This document shows, piece by piece, positions 51,367-60,113 of a stretch of 64,000 nt of DNA. Both the position numbers and the translations under genes were made by a program. Every line of letters starts with the position of its first letter. Positions within the stretch are counted from its first letter, which is position 1. Where the stretch lies: NCBI GenBank assembly GCA_017397935.1, contig JAFQHN010000015.1:2746-66745 (forward strand), in the 5' to 3' direction. The DNA comes from Bacillota bacterium. GTDB lineage: Bacteria > Bacillota > Dehalobacteriia > UBA4068 > UBA4997. A model generated the notes under the pieces. That model made no database searches, was not told the DNA's origin, and was given only the letters and a program-made list of their open reading frames with translations.

Positions 51367-52281
51367 ATGCCGATTAAAATTCCCAATGATTTACCTGCCC
51401 GTCCCGTGTTGGAGAATGAGCATATCTTTGTGATGACCGAAACCCGTGCGCTGTCGCAGGATATTCGTCCGCTGAAAATCGGTCTGGTTAATCTTATGCC
51501 CACCAAAATTGCCACCGAAACGCAAATTCTGCGCTGTTTGGCCAACACGCCCCTGCAAATTGAGATTGACCTTATCCACACCCAAAGTTATCACTCCAAA
51601 AACACCTCGGATGAACACCTTTCGGCCTTTTACCAAACCGTGGATGATGTTATGGATGTAAACTATGACGGCATCATCATCACCGGCGCACCGGTGGAGA
51701 ATATGGCTTTTGAAGAAGTGGAATATTGGCCGGAGCTTTGCCGCATTATGGAATGGACCAAAACCCACGCCCACAGCACCATGCACATCTGCTGGGCGGC
51801 GCAGGCAGGTCTTTATTATCATTACGGCGTGCCTAAGCGGCAGTTGGCCGGTAAATTAAGCGGCGTTTATCATCACTATATGTTAAACCCCAAGGCCCGT
51901 TTGTTCCGCGGCTTTGATGAGAATTACTGTGCGCCGCACTCCCGTCACACCGAGTCTGACCCTGAGGCGATTGCCAAGGTGCCGGAGCTTCGGGTGCTTT
52001 CCTGTTCGCCGCAGGCCGGTATTCACATCGTCAGCGACAATGACAGCAAGATGTTTTTTGTCAGCGGCCATTCGGAGTATGACCTGTATACCCTTAGTGA
52101 TGAATATTACCGTGATTTGAACAAAGGCCTGGATGTAAAAGTCCCCTTCAATTACTTCCCCGGGGATGACCCGCAGCAAAAGCCGGTAAATAATTGGCGG
52201 GCACACGGACAGCTGCTGTTTACCAACTGGCTTAACTATTATGTTTACCAGACCACGCCTTATGATTTGCAGCAGCTTTAA
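51367..52281 (+). CDS. metA: Homoserine O-acyltransferase MetA (MetAA-type)
   Basis: MPIKIPNDLPAR…LKIGLVNLMP… canonical MetA; catalytic Cys region present. Confidence 0.9.
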   Translation: MPIKIPNDLPARPVLENEHIFVMTETRALSQDIRPLKIGLVNLMPTKIATETQILRCLANTPLQIEIDLIHTQSYHSKNTSDEHLSAFYQTVDDVMDVNYDGIIITGAPVENMAFEEVEYWPELCRIMEWTKTHAHSTMHICWAAQAGLYYHYGVPKRQLAGKLSGVYHHYMLNPKARLFRGFDENYCAPHSRHTESDPEAIAKVPELRVLSCSPQAGIHIVSDNDSKMFFVSGHSEYDLYTLSDEYYRDLNKGLDVKVPFNYFPGDDPQQKPVNNWRAHGQLLFTNWLNYYVYQTTPYDLQQL

Positions 52282-52326
52282 GGCACTAAATTTAACACAG
52301 TAATATAAACCTAATATTAAACAGCA

Positions 52327-52368
52327 AAAGCTCTCACCCTGCCGCCGTGGCTGATGAGAGCTTTTTAC
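52327..52368. terminator. Bidirectional terminator between metA and the convergent minus-strand gene
   Basis: AGCTCTCA…TGAGAGCT 8-bp stem flanked by AAA and TTTT. Confidence 0.65.
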
Positions 52369-52369
52369 T

Positions 52370-52747
52370 TTAATTATTCTCGCCTTCGCCGGCGTTATAC
52401 ACGGCCTCGGCACCGAAAATTTCAATGCGGTTTACCATCTCGGGCGTCACTTTGTTGATTTCGGCAGCGCTGTCACTCATCGGCATCTGCGGTGCGGCTG
52501 CCGTAGTCTGCTGGTTAGTCTTGGGCTGTGTCCGGGCAATAATCGGCTGAGGCTGCTGCAATTTCTCCGGCTTATGCGGCCTGGTGGCATTGGATGTGGC
52601 GTTGCCGCCGTTTTGGGTGGGCGGATTAACCGTCATATCCGGCAAACCCGGCTTTAAGGGGCGGCCGTCCGGCAAATAATCAGGGTTGCCTGCGGCGGTG
52701 GCCTGCTCCAAATTACGCATCAAAGCGTTTTCTGCATTGGTATCCAT
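52370..52747 (-). CDS. Hypothetical low-complexity (Pro/Gln/Thr-rich) protein, 125 aa
   Basis: ORF with terminator; no domain recognised. Confidence 0.4.
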   Translation of the reverse strand: MDTNAENALMRNLEQATAAGNPDYLPDGRPLKPGLPDMTVNPPTQNGGNATSNATRPHKPEKLQQPQPIIARTQPKTNQQTTAAAPQMPMSDSAAEINKVTPEMVNRIEIFGAEAVYNAGEGENN

Positions 52748-52978
52748 AATTTATCCTCCAAATATCTGTTTATAACCGTTGCTTGGTTTAATTAACTGTT
52801 ACAAGCATAGTTTGGGCGCTTACACATAAGCTTATGCAGCCATTTTATACCGCCGCAAAATATAGATAATCCGTAGATAATCAATGGATAAAAAAGGATT
52901 TTGCCGTATTATGTAGAAATATATTTTTTCGGATAAAATAAAGTGAATAGTTGTGCAGAATTTTGTGAGGAGTTAAAA

Positions 52979-54121
52979 ATGAGATTAAAATGTAATGCAA
53001 AAAAACACTTATGCCGTAAAATTGCCGCAGCCCTGCTGCTGGTTTTGCCCTGCGCCCTGCCGGCTTATGCCGATGATATTCAAATCATGGTGAACGGTCA
53101 GCCCCTAAACAGCGATGTTGCCCCCATTATCCGTGACAGCCGTGTGCTGCTGCCAATACGCGCCTGTGCCGAAGCGCTTGACGCGGCCGTGAATTATGAG
53201 CCGGGTACCGGGCAAATCACCATTTTGCGTGGTGATGACACCGTGCTGCTGACGCTTAACTCCACCGAGGCTGTTATCAATGAGCAAACCAGACAGCTGG
53301 ATGTGGTACCCCAGGTTATCAACAGCCGTACTCTTGCGCCGCTGCGTTTTGTGGGCGAAGCGCTGAATTGTCAGGTTAATTGGCAGTCTGAAACGCAAAC
53401 CGTAACCATCCAGACCAACAGCCAAACCGAGGCCGAAAGTTATGAGCCGGTAACCGTGCCCGCTGTTGAAACCATTGTCAACCAGGCTTTACAGCAGCTT
53501 AACAGTATTCGCCTGCAAAAACAGCTGGACACCTTGATCAGCGCCGAAGAATTAAACCGTTTGGCCGCTGAACATAGCCGTGATATGGCCGAAAACGGCT
53601 TTTTAAGCAATATTTCACCCACTTTGGGCAGTATAGGGCACCGCGCTGCTGCTGAAAATCTACCTACCCCATCGGAAATTATCGCCAAAATTGATTACCG
53701 CCAGGCCAATGTTTATCAGGCTGTCACCGCCTGGTTCAGCAACGAGGAAACACGCAGGCTGCTGCTTGACCCCTCGGCCGGTTATATCGGACTAAGTGCT
53801 CATTATCTGCCTGACAGCACCGAGGTTTATCTGACAGCGGAGATTATGCCGTCTCACGCTTATTTTACCGATTTGCCGGATAATTCTACGGTACACATCG
53901 CCGGCATGGCCCTGCGCGGCCGCAGCCAGAATATCCCGGAAACTGTTACGGTTTATAAGGTTTCGGACATAAACCCGCAGATGTATAGCAGCAAGCAAAC
54001 TTATACCGCTGCCGGTGACGGCGTTTACTTCTTTACCAACATTGAGTTTGCCGAGCCGGGCACTTATGTGTTGCAAGTGGGCAGCTGTATGGTGCGTGTA
54101 AAATACATCCCGGGGGCATAA
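52979..54121 (+). CDS. Secreted protein with copper-amine-oxidase-like N-terminal (stalk) domain and CAP (SCP/PR-1, YkwD-like) domain
   Basis: Signal peptide after MRLK; …DSRVLLPIRACAEAL…LAPLRFVGEAL… stalk motif; CAP-like …GYIGLSAHY…. Confidence 0.65.
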   Translation: MRLKCNAKKHLCRKIAAALLLVLPCALPAYADDIQIMVNGQPLNSDVAPIIRDSRVLLPIRACAEALDAAVNYEPGTGQITILRGDDTVLLTLNSTEAVINEQTRQLDVVPQVINSRTLAPLRFVGEALNCQVNWQSETQTVTIQTNSQTEAESYEPVTVPAVETIVNQALQQLNSIRLQKQLDTLISAEELNRLAAEHSRDMAENGFLSNISPTLGSIGHRAAAENLPTPSEIIAKIDYRQANVYQAVTAWFSNEETRRLLLDPSAGYIGLSAHYLPDSTEVYLTAEIMPSHAYFTDLPDNSTVHIAGMALRGRSQNIPETVTVYKVSDINPQMYSSKQTYTAAGDGVYFFTNIEFAEPGTYVLQVGSCMVRVKYIPGA

Positions 54122-54151
54122 AATCATCTCCACCAAAGGAGGCAGCCAGCC

Positions 54152-54673
54152 TTGTTGACATCTTTTTGGAATTTTTTGGTCAGATTGGACACTTTCTTTT
54201 TTAATATCTTCAACCAGAGTATCAAATGCCGTTTTCTGGATATTCTTATGCAGCTTTTTACCCATCTGGCGGGGTTTTCCTCGGTGGTTGGCATCTGCCT
54301 GTTTTTAACGCTGTTTTTGCCCGACATCCCCGGCCCCAATGTGCTGGGTGCGGTATTTTTTGCCCAACTGGCGGCGCAGAGCATTAAGTTTATCATCCGC
54401 AGAATCCGTCCGCACATCAAGCTGCCCAATGTTAATATTTTTGCCAAGCTGATGCAGTATGACCCGTCCTTCCCCAGCGCCCATACGGCTACTATTACGG
54501 CACTTGGCGGCGTTATTGCCATTATGGAACCAAGCACCGAGGATGTGATGGCGGCGATTTGTACCTGCGTGGGAATTTCTCGCATTTATTTGGGCCAGCA
54601 TTATCCCAGCGATGTTTTGGTGGGTGCGGTTATCGGTATACTCTCGGCCAAGCTGTCCTGTATGATTTTCTAA
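54152..54673 (+). CDS. PAP2-family membrane phosphatase (undecaprenyl-diphosphatase/PA-phosphatase-like)
   Basis: KxxxxxxRP (KFIIRRIRP), PSAH (PSGH-like), SRIYLGQHYPSD motifs; TTG start after AAGGAGG RBS. Confidence 0.75.
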   Translation: MLTSFWNFLVRLDTFFFNIFNQSIKCRFLDILMQLFTHLAGFSSVVGICLFLTLFLPDIPGPNVLGAVFFAQLAAQSIKFIIRRIRPHIKLPNVNIFAKLMQYDPSFPSAHTATITALGGVIAIMEPSTEDVMAAICTCVGISRIYLGQHYPSDVLVGAVIGILSAKLSCMIF

Positions 54674-54753
54674 AAAAAACGGAAAATAACTTGCATTGGC
54701 CGGTTTAATGTGCTACAATTTTTATATTGTGGCAGATATGTCACTATATATGT

Positions 54754-54842
54754 GGAGCGGTATCGAAGTGGTCATAACGAGCCTGACTCGAAATCAGGTG
54801 TACCTCACGGTACCGTGGGTTCGAATCCCACCCGCTCCGCCA
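54754..54842 (+). tRNA. tRNA-Ser (anticodon CGA), long variable arm, encoded CCA
   Basis: GGAGCGG…anticodon loop CTCGAAA…long variable arm GTACCTCACGGTACCGT…GTTCGAATC…CCGCTCCGCCA. Confidence 0.85.
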
Positions 54843-54846
54843 TGGT

Positions 54847-54888
54847 AGCGTGATGATATTACTGTCAGTAGTGTCATCACGCTTTTTC
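54847..54888 (+). terminator. Terminator after tRNA-Ser (10-bp stem AGCGTGATGA/TCATCACGCT plus TTTTT)
   Basis: Read directly. Confidence 0.65.
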
Positions 54889-54991
54889 ATGCGGTTTTTC
54901 AGGATCAAAAAAAGGGTTACTCTGATGACTGACCAATGCCCTCTATAAGCTATATCAGAGATTTGATGCTAACTATATAAGGAGAAGGCTT

Positions 54992-55384
54992 ATGAAAAGA
55001 GTATGTGAATTTTTGAAAAATGCAGAGGTATATTATTTGGCAACGGTTGAGGGAGATCAGCCGAGAGTGCGTCCGTTAAGAACGGTAAACGAGTTCGATG
55101 GAAAACTCTACATACAGACCGGCAAGGTTAAGCCAACGAGCCGGCAGCTTGCAGCTAACCCCAAAGCTGAGATTTGTGCATTTAAGGACGGTGCGTGGAT
55201 TAGGATCGCTTGCGAGCTTATTGAAGATGACCGCTTTGAAGCAAAAAAATCCATGCTTGATGCGTATCCCAATCTTCGAAATATGTATGATGAAAACGAT
55301 GGTAATACGCAGGTGTTTTATATGAAAAATGCTGCCGCAACTATCAATTCCTTTGGCGGCGAACCTGTTGTTATTGAGTTTTAA
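54992..55384 (+). CDS. Pyridoxamine-5'-phosphate-oxidase-like FMN-binding split-barrel protein (130 aa)
   Basis: …YLATVEGDQPRVRPL… pattern typical of PNPOx-like family; AAGGAGAAGG RBS; low-GC codon usage. Confidence 0.55.
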   Translation: MKRVCEFLKNAEVYYLATVEGDQPRVRPLRTVNEFDGKLYIQTGKVKPTSRQLAANPKAEICAFKDGAWIRIACELIEDDRFEAKKSMLDAYPNLRNMYDENDGNTQVFYMKNAAATINSFGGEPVVIEF

Positions 55385-55467
55385 TGAATATACATAAAAA
55401 ATTAAAGCCGAATTTTCGTGGTTTTCAGAATTCTAAAAAAGAAAAATATAAAATTTATCCAAAATTA

Positions 55468-55496
55468 TTGACTTTTTTCTTAATAAGTGATATAAC
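55468..55496 (+). promoter_or_regulatory. Promoter for T-box leader (TTGACT-17 bp-TATAAC)
   Basis: Read directly upstream of structured leader. Confidence 0.45.
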
Positions 55497-55519
55497 ATAC
55501 AACATAAATTGAATATCAT

Positions 55520-55801
55520 CTGACTAAATGCGGTGAGCAGAACTAAGTAAGCTTGGAAAGAGCTTGAAGAGAGTTGCCGGATGGTGCAAGGCAATGGCGA
55601 TGACCATGACGAATTCCTTCTGTTAGCAGTGCGCTGAACAAGAGAAATCTTAAGTAGGAGGCAACGGGAGTTCCCGTTACAGAACTAGGGTATGTTAGTA
55701 CCTGATAAGGTTGCTGTCGTGAGGTAGTGACAAACTGAGGTGGTACCACGGAAATGTTTTTTCGTCCTCTGTATCTTGTTTAAGATGCAGAGGATTTTTT
55801 T
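55520..55801 (+). promoter_or_regulatory. T-box-like riboswitch (tRNA-sensing leader) ending in intrinsic terminator
   Basis: AGAGAG stem-I-like element at 55566-55573; T-box-like box AAACUGAGGUGGUACCACGG at 55731-55750 (consensus AAUUAGGGUGGNACCGCGG); terminator CCUCUG…CAGAGG plus U7 at 55765-55801 overlapping the box. Confidence 0.6.
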
Positions 55802-55954
55802 ATCCGCAAATAAAGCGAAAGTATTAAATGTTAGGCTTATACATAGGTATGCTGTTCAAAAAAGAATTCCCGAAAAATTAACATGACTGCGTAAGCACTT
55901 AATTATCAGAGATTTATGCTCTGCGGAGCATGAATAAATAAATTATTAAAGGAG

Positions 55955-56893
55955 TTGTACACTATGAAAAAAATGTTATCCATCGTACTTGCACTTACCC
56001 TTTGCGTAAGCACATGTCTCTCGCTCTCAGGCTGCGGGGGCAAAAATTACAGCTATCAGGTAGGCATTTGTCAGCTTATGGTCCATGATTCACTGGATCA
56101 GGCAACACAAGGTTTTCAGGATGGTTTGAAAGCCGCTCTTGAAAAAGAAGGCAAAACAGTAGAGTTTGATACACAGGTTGCAGGCGAAGCAAACCTTTGC
56201 ACAACTGTTATCAACACATTCACAGCAAAGAATGTTGACCTTATTATGGCTAACGCAACCCCTGCACTTTTGGCTGCTGCTAATGCAACAACAAAGATTC
56301 CTGTGCTCGGTACTTCTGTAACAGACTATGCTGATACATTCTCCGGTAATATTCCTGAAAATGTAACAGGTACATCTGATGCGGTTCCTTTCGATGAACA
56401 GGCAAAAATGATGATTGAAAGCCTCAACCTTGTTGAAGGCGATAAAGTTGGCGTTATTTACTGCACAAACGAATCCAACTCTCTTATCCAGTATAACGCT
56501 GTAAAAGAACTCTTTGAAGCAGAAGGTATCGTAGTAACAGCATACACATTCTCTGAAACAACAGAGCTTCAAGCACTCGTTACAAAGGCTGCATCTGAAT
56601 CAAAGGCAATCTATGTTCCTTCTGATAACACAGTTGCACAGAACGATACAGTAGTTGGAACAATCTGCACAGATAAGAATGTTCCTGTATTCACAAGTTA
56701 TGGCGGTGGAATCTGCTATGCAAGCCTTGCAATCGACTACTATCAGCTTGGCCACAGAACAGGTGAACAGGCTGCCGAAATCCTTCTTGGCAACAAGAAA
56801 CCTTCTGACATTAAGGTAGAAACCCTTACACCTTCTGTTATTTACAACGAAGAACTTTGCGCGCAACTTGGAATCGAGGTTCCGCAGAACTAA
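55955..56893 (+). CDS. ABC transporter substrate-binding lipoprotein, PF04392 (ABC_sub_bind) family (TrpX-like, putative aromatic amino acid/tryptophan uptake)
   Basis: Lipoprotein signal (…LSGCGG), family resemblance; T-box leader upstream. Confidence 0.7.
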   Translation: MYTMKKMLSIVLALTLCVSTCLSLSGCGGKNYSYQVGICQLMVHDSLDQATQGFQDGLKAALEKEGKTVEFDTQVAGEANLCTTVINTFTAKNVDLIMANATPALLAAANATTKIPVLGTSVTDYADTFSGNIPENVTGTSDAVPFDEQAKMMIESLNLVEGDKVGVIYCTNESNSLIQYNAVKELFEAEGIVVTAYTFSETTELQALVTKAASESKAIYVPSDNTVAQNDTVVGTICTDKNVPVFTSYGGGICYASLAIDYYQLGHRTGEQAAEILLGNKKPSDIKVETLTPSVIYNEELCAQLGIEVPQN

Positions 56894-56917
56894 TCAAAAA
56901 ATACGAGGTACTGCAAA

Positions 56918-57838
56918 ATGGCTTTTTTGAATGTTTTACCCGGAGCAATCGCGGAAGGGCTGATATGGGGACTTATGGCAATCGGTGTCTATATCTCCTA
57001 TAAGATTTTAGATATTGCAGACCTATCGGTAGATGGCTCTATTTGCACAGGTGCGTGTGTATGCGTTGTGATGCTTGCCGCAGGAAATCCGATTTGGCTT
57101 TGTATGCTCGCGTCGGTTATTGCCGGTGCTTTGGCAGGTGTATTGACGGGACTGTTTCATACTGCACTTGGAATACCGGCTATTCTTGCAGGTATCCTGA
57201 CTCAGCTTATTCTCTATTCGGTAAATCTGTCTATACTTGGCGGTAAATCCTTAATCGCTATTGATATTCGTTCAACGAACCTTATTATGCACATGAGCGA
57301 TAACCCAATGGCGATTGTATCGGCAGGATTGATTATTGTGGCAACTATTATTGGGCTTTGGTTGTTCTTCTATACAGAGACAGGATTGACCATTAAATCG
57401 ACAGGTGATAATCCGCATATGAGCCGCGCACAAGGTGTCAATGTTGATCTTAACAAGGTTATCGGTCTTGCAATATCAAACGGTATTGTAGCTTTGGCAG
57501 GCTCTCTTTTAGCTCAGTACAAAGGTTCTGCCAATATCAATGACGGCAGAGGTGCTATCGTAATCGGACTTGCAGCTATATTTATCGGTCTTTCGGTATC
57601 ACTTAAAATCAAACCGAATTTTGTTTGCAGTTTGATAGGCGTAATCGGCGGCGGTATTGTGTATTACATAATCTATAACTTTGTAATTCTTTTGGGACTT
57701 AAAACCGATTATCTTAAAATGCTGTCGGCAATTATAGTTGCTTTATTCATTGCTGTGCCATATCTAAAAACAAAATATTTCACAAAGCAAAAGCCTATAC
57801 CGATAGTGCAAAATAATGGAGGTGATGAAGATGCTTAA
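56918..57838 (+). CDS. ABC transporter permease (TrpY-like)
   Basis: Polytopic membrane protein with branched-chain-type permease fold; operon position. Confidence 0.75.
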   Translation: MAFLNVLPGAIAEGLIWGLMAIGVYISYKILDIADLSVDGSICTGACVCVVMLAAGNPIWLCMLASVIAGALAGVLTGLFHTALGIPAILAGILTQLILYSVNLSILGGKSLIAIDIRSTNLIMHMSDNPMAIVSAGLIIVATIIGLWLFFYTETGLTIKSTGDNPHMSRAQGVNVDLNKVIGLAISNGIVALAGSLLAQYKGSANINDGRGAIVIGLAAIFIGLSVSLKIKPNFVCSLIGVIGGGIVYYIIYNFVILLGLKTDYLKMLSAIIVALFIAVPYLKTKYFTKQKPIPIVQNNGGDEDA

Positions 57839-58628
57839 AATTAAAAACCTCCAAAAAACATTTAATCCCGGAACAGTTAATGCAAAAACTGCTTTGGCAG
57901 GTCTTAATTTAACTCTTAACAACGGAGATTTTGTTACCGTTATAGGCGGTAACGGTGCAGGTAAATCCACTATGCTCAATGCTATATCAGGTGTGTGGAA
58001 GCCTGACTACGGCACAATCGAAATTGACGGTGTGGATGTAACCAATATGCCCGAATACAAAAGAGCAAAGTTTTTGGGCAGAGTTTTTCAGGACCCGATG
58101 ATGGGAACTGCACCTGATATGGAAATTGCCGAGAATTTGGGAATTGCCAGAAGACGTGGCACAAAGCGTAGACTTCGCTGGGGTATCAGAAAGGCGGAGC
58201 GGCAGGAATATAAGGAACTGCTTGCTACATTAGAGCTTGGTCTGGAAAACAGACTTTCAAGCAAGGTCGGTCTTTTGTCCGGCGGACAAAGACAGGCGGT
58301 AACGCTTCTTATGGCAACGCTTAACCGTCCGAAGCTTCTTCTCCTGGATGAACACACTGCTGCACTTGATCCGAAAACTGCGGCAAAGGTGCTTGAAATA
58401 ACTAATAAAATAGTTACGGAAAATAACCTGACAACACTTATGATTACTCATAATATGCATGATGCAATCGAATACGGCAACCGCCTCATTATGATGCACG
58501 AAGGCAAAGTGATTGTTGACGTCTCCGGCGAAGAAAAGAAAAAACTGACAATTTCTCAGCTTCTTGAATTGTTTGAAAAAGCAAGCGGAAGCGAATTCGC
58601 AAACGATAAGGTTATGTTATCTAAATAA
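57831..58628 (+). CDS. ABC transporter ATP-binding protein (TrpZ-like)
   Basis: Walker A GGNGAGKST, signature LSGGQRQ, Walker B LLLDEHTAALD; start MLKIKN after GGAGGTG RBS. Confidence 0.85.
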   Translation: MLKIKNLQKTFNPGTVNAKTALAGLNLTLNNGDFVTVIGGNGAGKSTMLNAISGVWKPDYGTIEIDGVDVTNMPEYKRAKFLGRVFQDPMMGTAPDMEIAENLGIARRRGTKRRLRWGIRKAERQEYKELLATLELGLENRLSSKVGLLSGGQRQAVTLLMATLNRPKLLLLDEHTAALDPKTAAKVLEITNKIVTENNLTTLMITHNMHDAIEYGNRLIMMHEGKVIVDVSGEEKKKLTISQLLELFEKASGSEFANDKVMLSK

Positions 58629-58636
58629 GAATTATT

Positions 58637-58677
58637 GTTAAGTGGCTGCCAAATGACAGCCACTTAACTTGTTTTAT
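58637..58677 (+). terminator. Strong terminator after ABC operon (12-bp perfect stem GTTAAGTGGCTG/CAGCCACTTAAC plus TTGTTTTAT)
   Basis: Read directly. Confidence 0.7.
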
Positions 58678-58907
58678 AAAAATACATTCCCAAATTCCTG
58701 CATAAAATATGATATACAGTAAACCAGACAAGAATTATCAAAAGGAAAATTAAAAATTTGGGGAGAAAAATTGTATAACAAAATAGACCGGCAAGCAGAA
58801 AAATTTTTTGTCGCCCGGTGAAAAAGATTAAAAGTTAAATTTAATTATCCGAATTTAATTGTTCTTCATTTAGCAAAATATGAAATATGGAAGCTGAGGT
58901 GTGAATA

Positions 58908-59966
58908 ATGCCATTACAAATAGTAAGAAATGACATCACAAAAATGAAAGTAGACGCCATCGTTAACGCTGCCAACACATCGCTTCTCGGCGGCGGCGGT
59001 GTTGACGGCTGTATCCACCGTGCCGCCGGCCCGTCTCTTCTTACCGAGTGCAAAATGCTTGGCGGCTGTGAAACCGGCAGTGCCAAAATTACCGGTGCAG
59101 GAAATCTGCCTTGTAAACATGTTATTCATGCCGTGGGGCCCCGGTGGCTGGGAGGCGGTCACGGAGAGCGAGAACAGCTCATTTCCTGTTATCGGACGAG
59201 TCTGGCGCTGGCCGGGGATAAGGAATGTGAGACAGTTGCTTTTCCGCTGTTTTCTTCCGGTATCTACGGCTACCCCAAGGATAAAGCGTTGAGAATAGCC
59301 ATAGATACGATAAGTGAGTTTTTGCTTGATAACGATATGACCGTCTATATTGTTATCTTTGATAAAACAGCATACCAAATCAGCGAAAAACTGTTTGCAG
59401 ATATTACCGAATACATTGATGACAACTATGTGAATGAACATACTGGTACCTGCCCTAACCGTCTGTGCAGAAATGACAGAATGTACGAAGAAGACATTAT
59501 TTACAGGGCAAACATCGAAGTAGCTATTGATGATGATACCGATGACTTGATTCCGGTTTGTGCATCGGCAGCAAAAGCGGAATACAAATCAAATAAGGAC
59601 TCATTGGAATATATCCTTAAACAGATTGATGAGAGTTTTTCTGAAATGCTGCTGCGCAAGATTGACGAGTGCGGTATTACAGATGCTGAATGCTACAAGA
59701 AAGCAAACATTGACCGCAAGCTGTTCTCCAAAATCCGCAGTGATAAGCTGTATAAGCCGAGCAAACCTACTGTTATTGCCTTTGCTATCGCCCTTAAACT
59801 GTCTTTGGAGGAAACGAAGGATATGCTGATGAAGGCCGGTTTTGCACTCTCCCACTCCAATAAATTCGACATAATTATTGAGTATTTTATCGAAAACGAA
59901 AATTACAATGTCTTTGAAATAAATGAGGCCCTGTTTGCCTTTGACCAAAGTTTGCTGGGAGCATAA
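58908..59966 (+). CDS. Macro-domain (MacroD/YmdB-like ADP-ribose-binding/hydrolase) protein fused to a C-terminal extension containing an XRE-like helix-turn-helix (352 aa)
   Basis: N-terminal ~175 aa: …[27 protein letters not shown]…VIHAVGPRW…[13 protein letters not shown]…; C-terminal region …[19 protein letters not shown]…[28 protein letters not shown] resembles Cro/C1-type HTH. Confidence 0.7.
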   Translation: MPLQIVRNDITKMKVDAIVNAANTSLLGGGGVDGCIHRAAGPSLLTECKMLGGCETGSAKITGAGNLPCKHVIHAVGPRWLGGGHGEREQLISCYRTSLALAGDKECETVAFPLFSSGIYGYPKDKALRIAIDTISEFLLDNDMTVYIVIFDKTAYQISEKLFADITEYIDDNYVNEHTGTCPNRLCRNDRMYEEDIIYRANIEVAIDDDTDDLIPVCASAAKAEYKSNKDSLEYILKQIDESFSEMLLRKIDECGITDAECYKKANIDRKLFSKIRSDKLYKPSKPTVIAFAIALKLSLEETKDMLMKAGFALSHSNKFDIIIEYFIENENYNVFEINEALFAFDQSLLGA

Positions 59967-60010
59967 AACTGTTGATATTCTCACAATAAAAGGATTGATT
60001 AAGCCAACCG

Positions 60011-60034
60011 GATTTGTCGCCTGCCATGCGACCA
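60011..60034 (+). repeat. Direct repeat copy 1 (ATTTGTCGCCTGCCATGCGACCA), 80 bp upstream of the HD-domain gene
   Basis: Shares 19/23 positions, including 14-bp perfect core CTGCCATGCGACCA, with 61438-61460. Confidence 0.6.
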
Positions 60035-60113
60035 AAACAAATATCTCTGACTGTATAATGATAGTGTCAGTTAAATCGGGCAGATGTCAGCAAGCTATCA
60101 GGAGGGATAAATT

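Noticed and set aside
55543-55749. 68-aa minus-strand ORF inside the T-box leader
   Set aside because: The region is better explained as structured leader RNA on the plus strand. There is no RBS, and the ORF sits between promoter and terminator.
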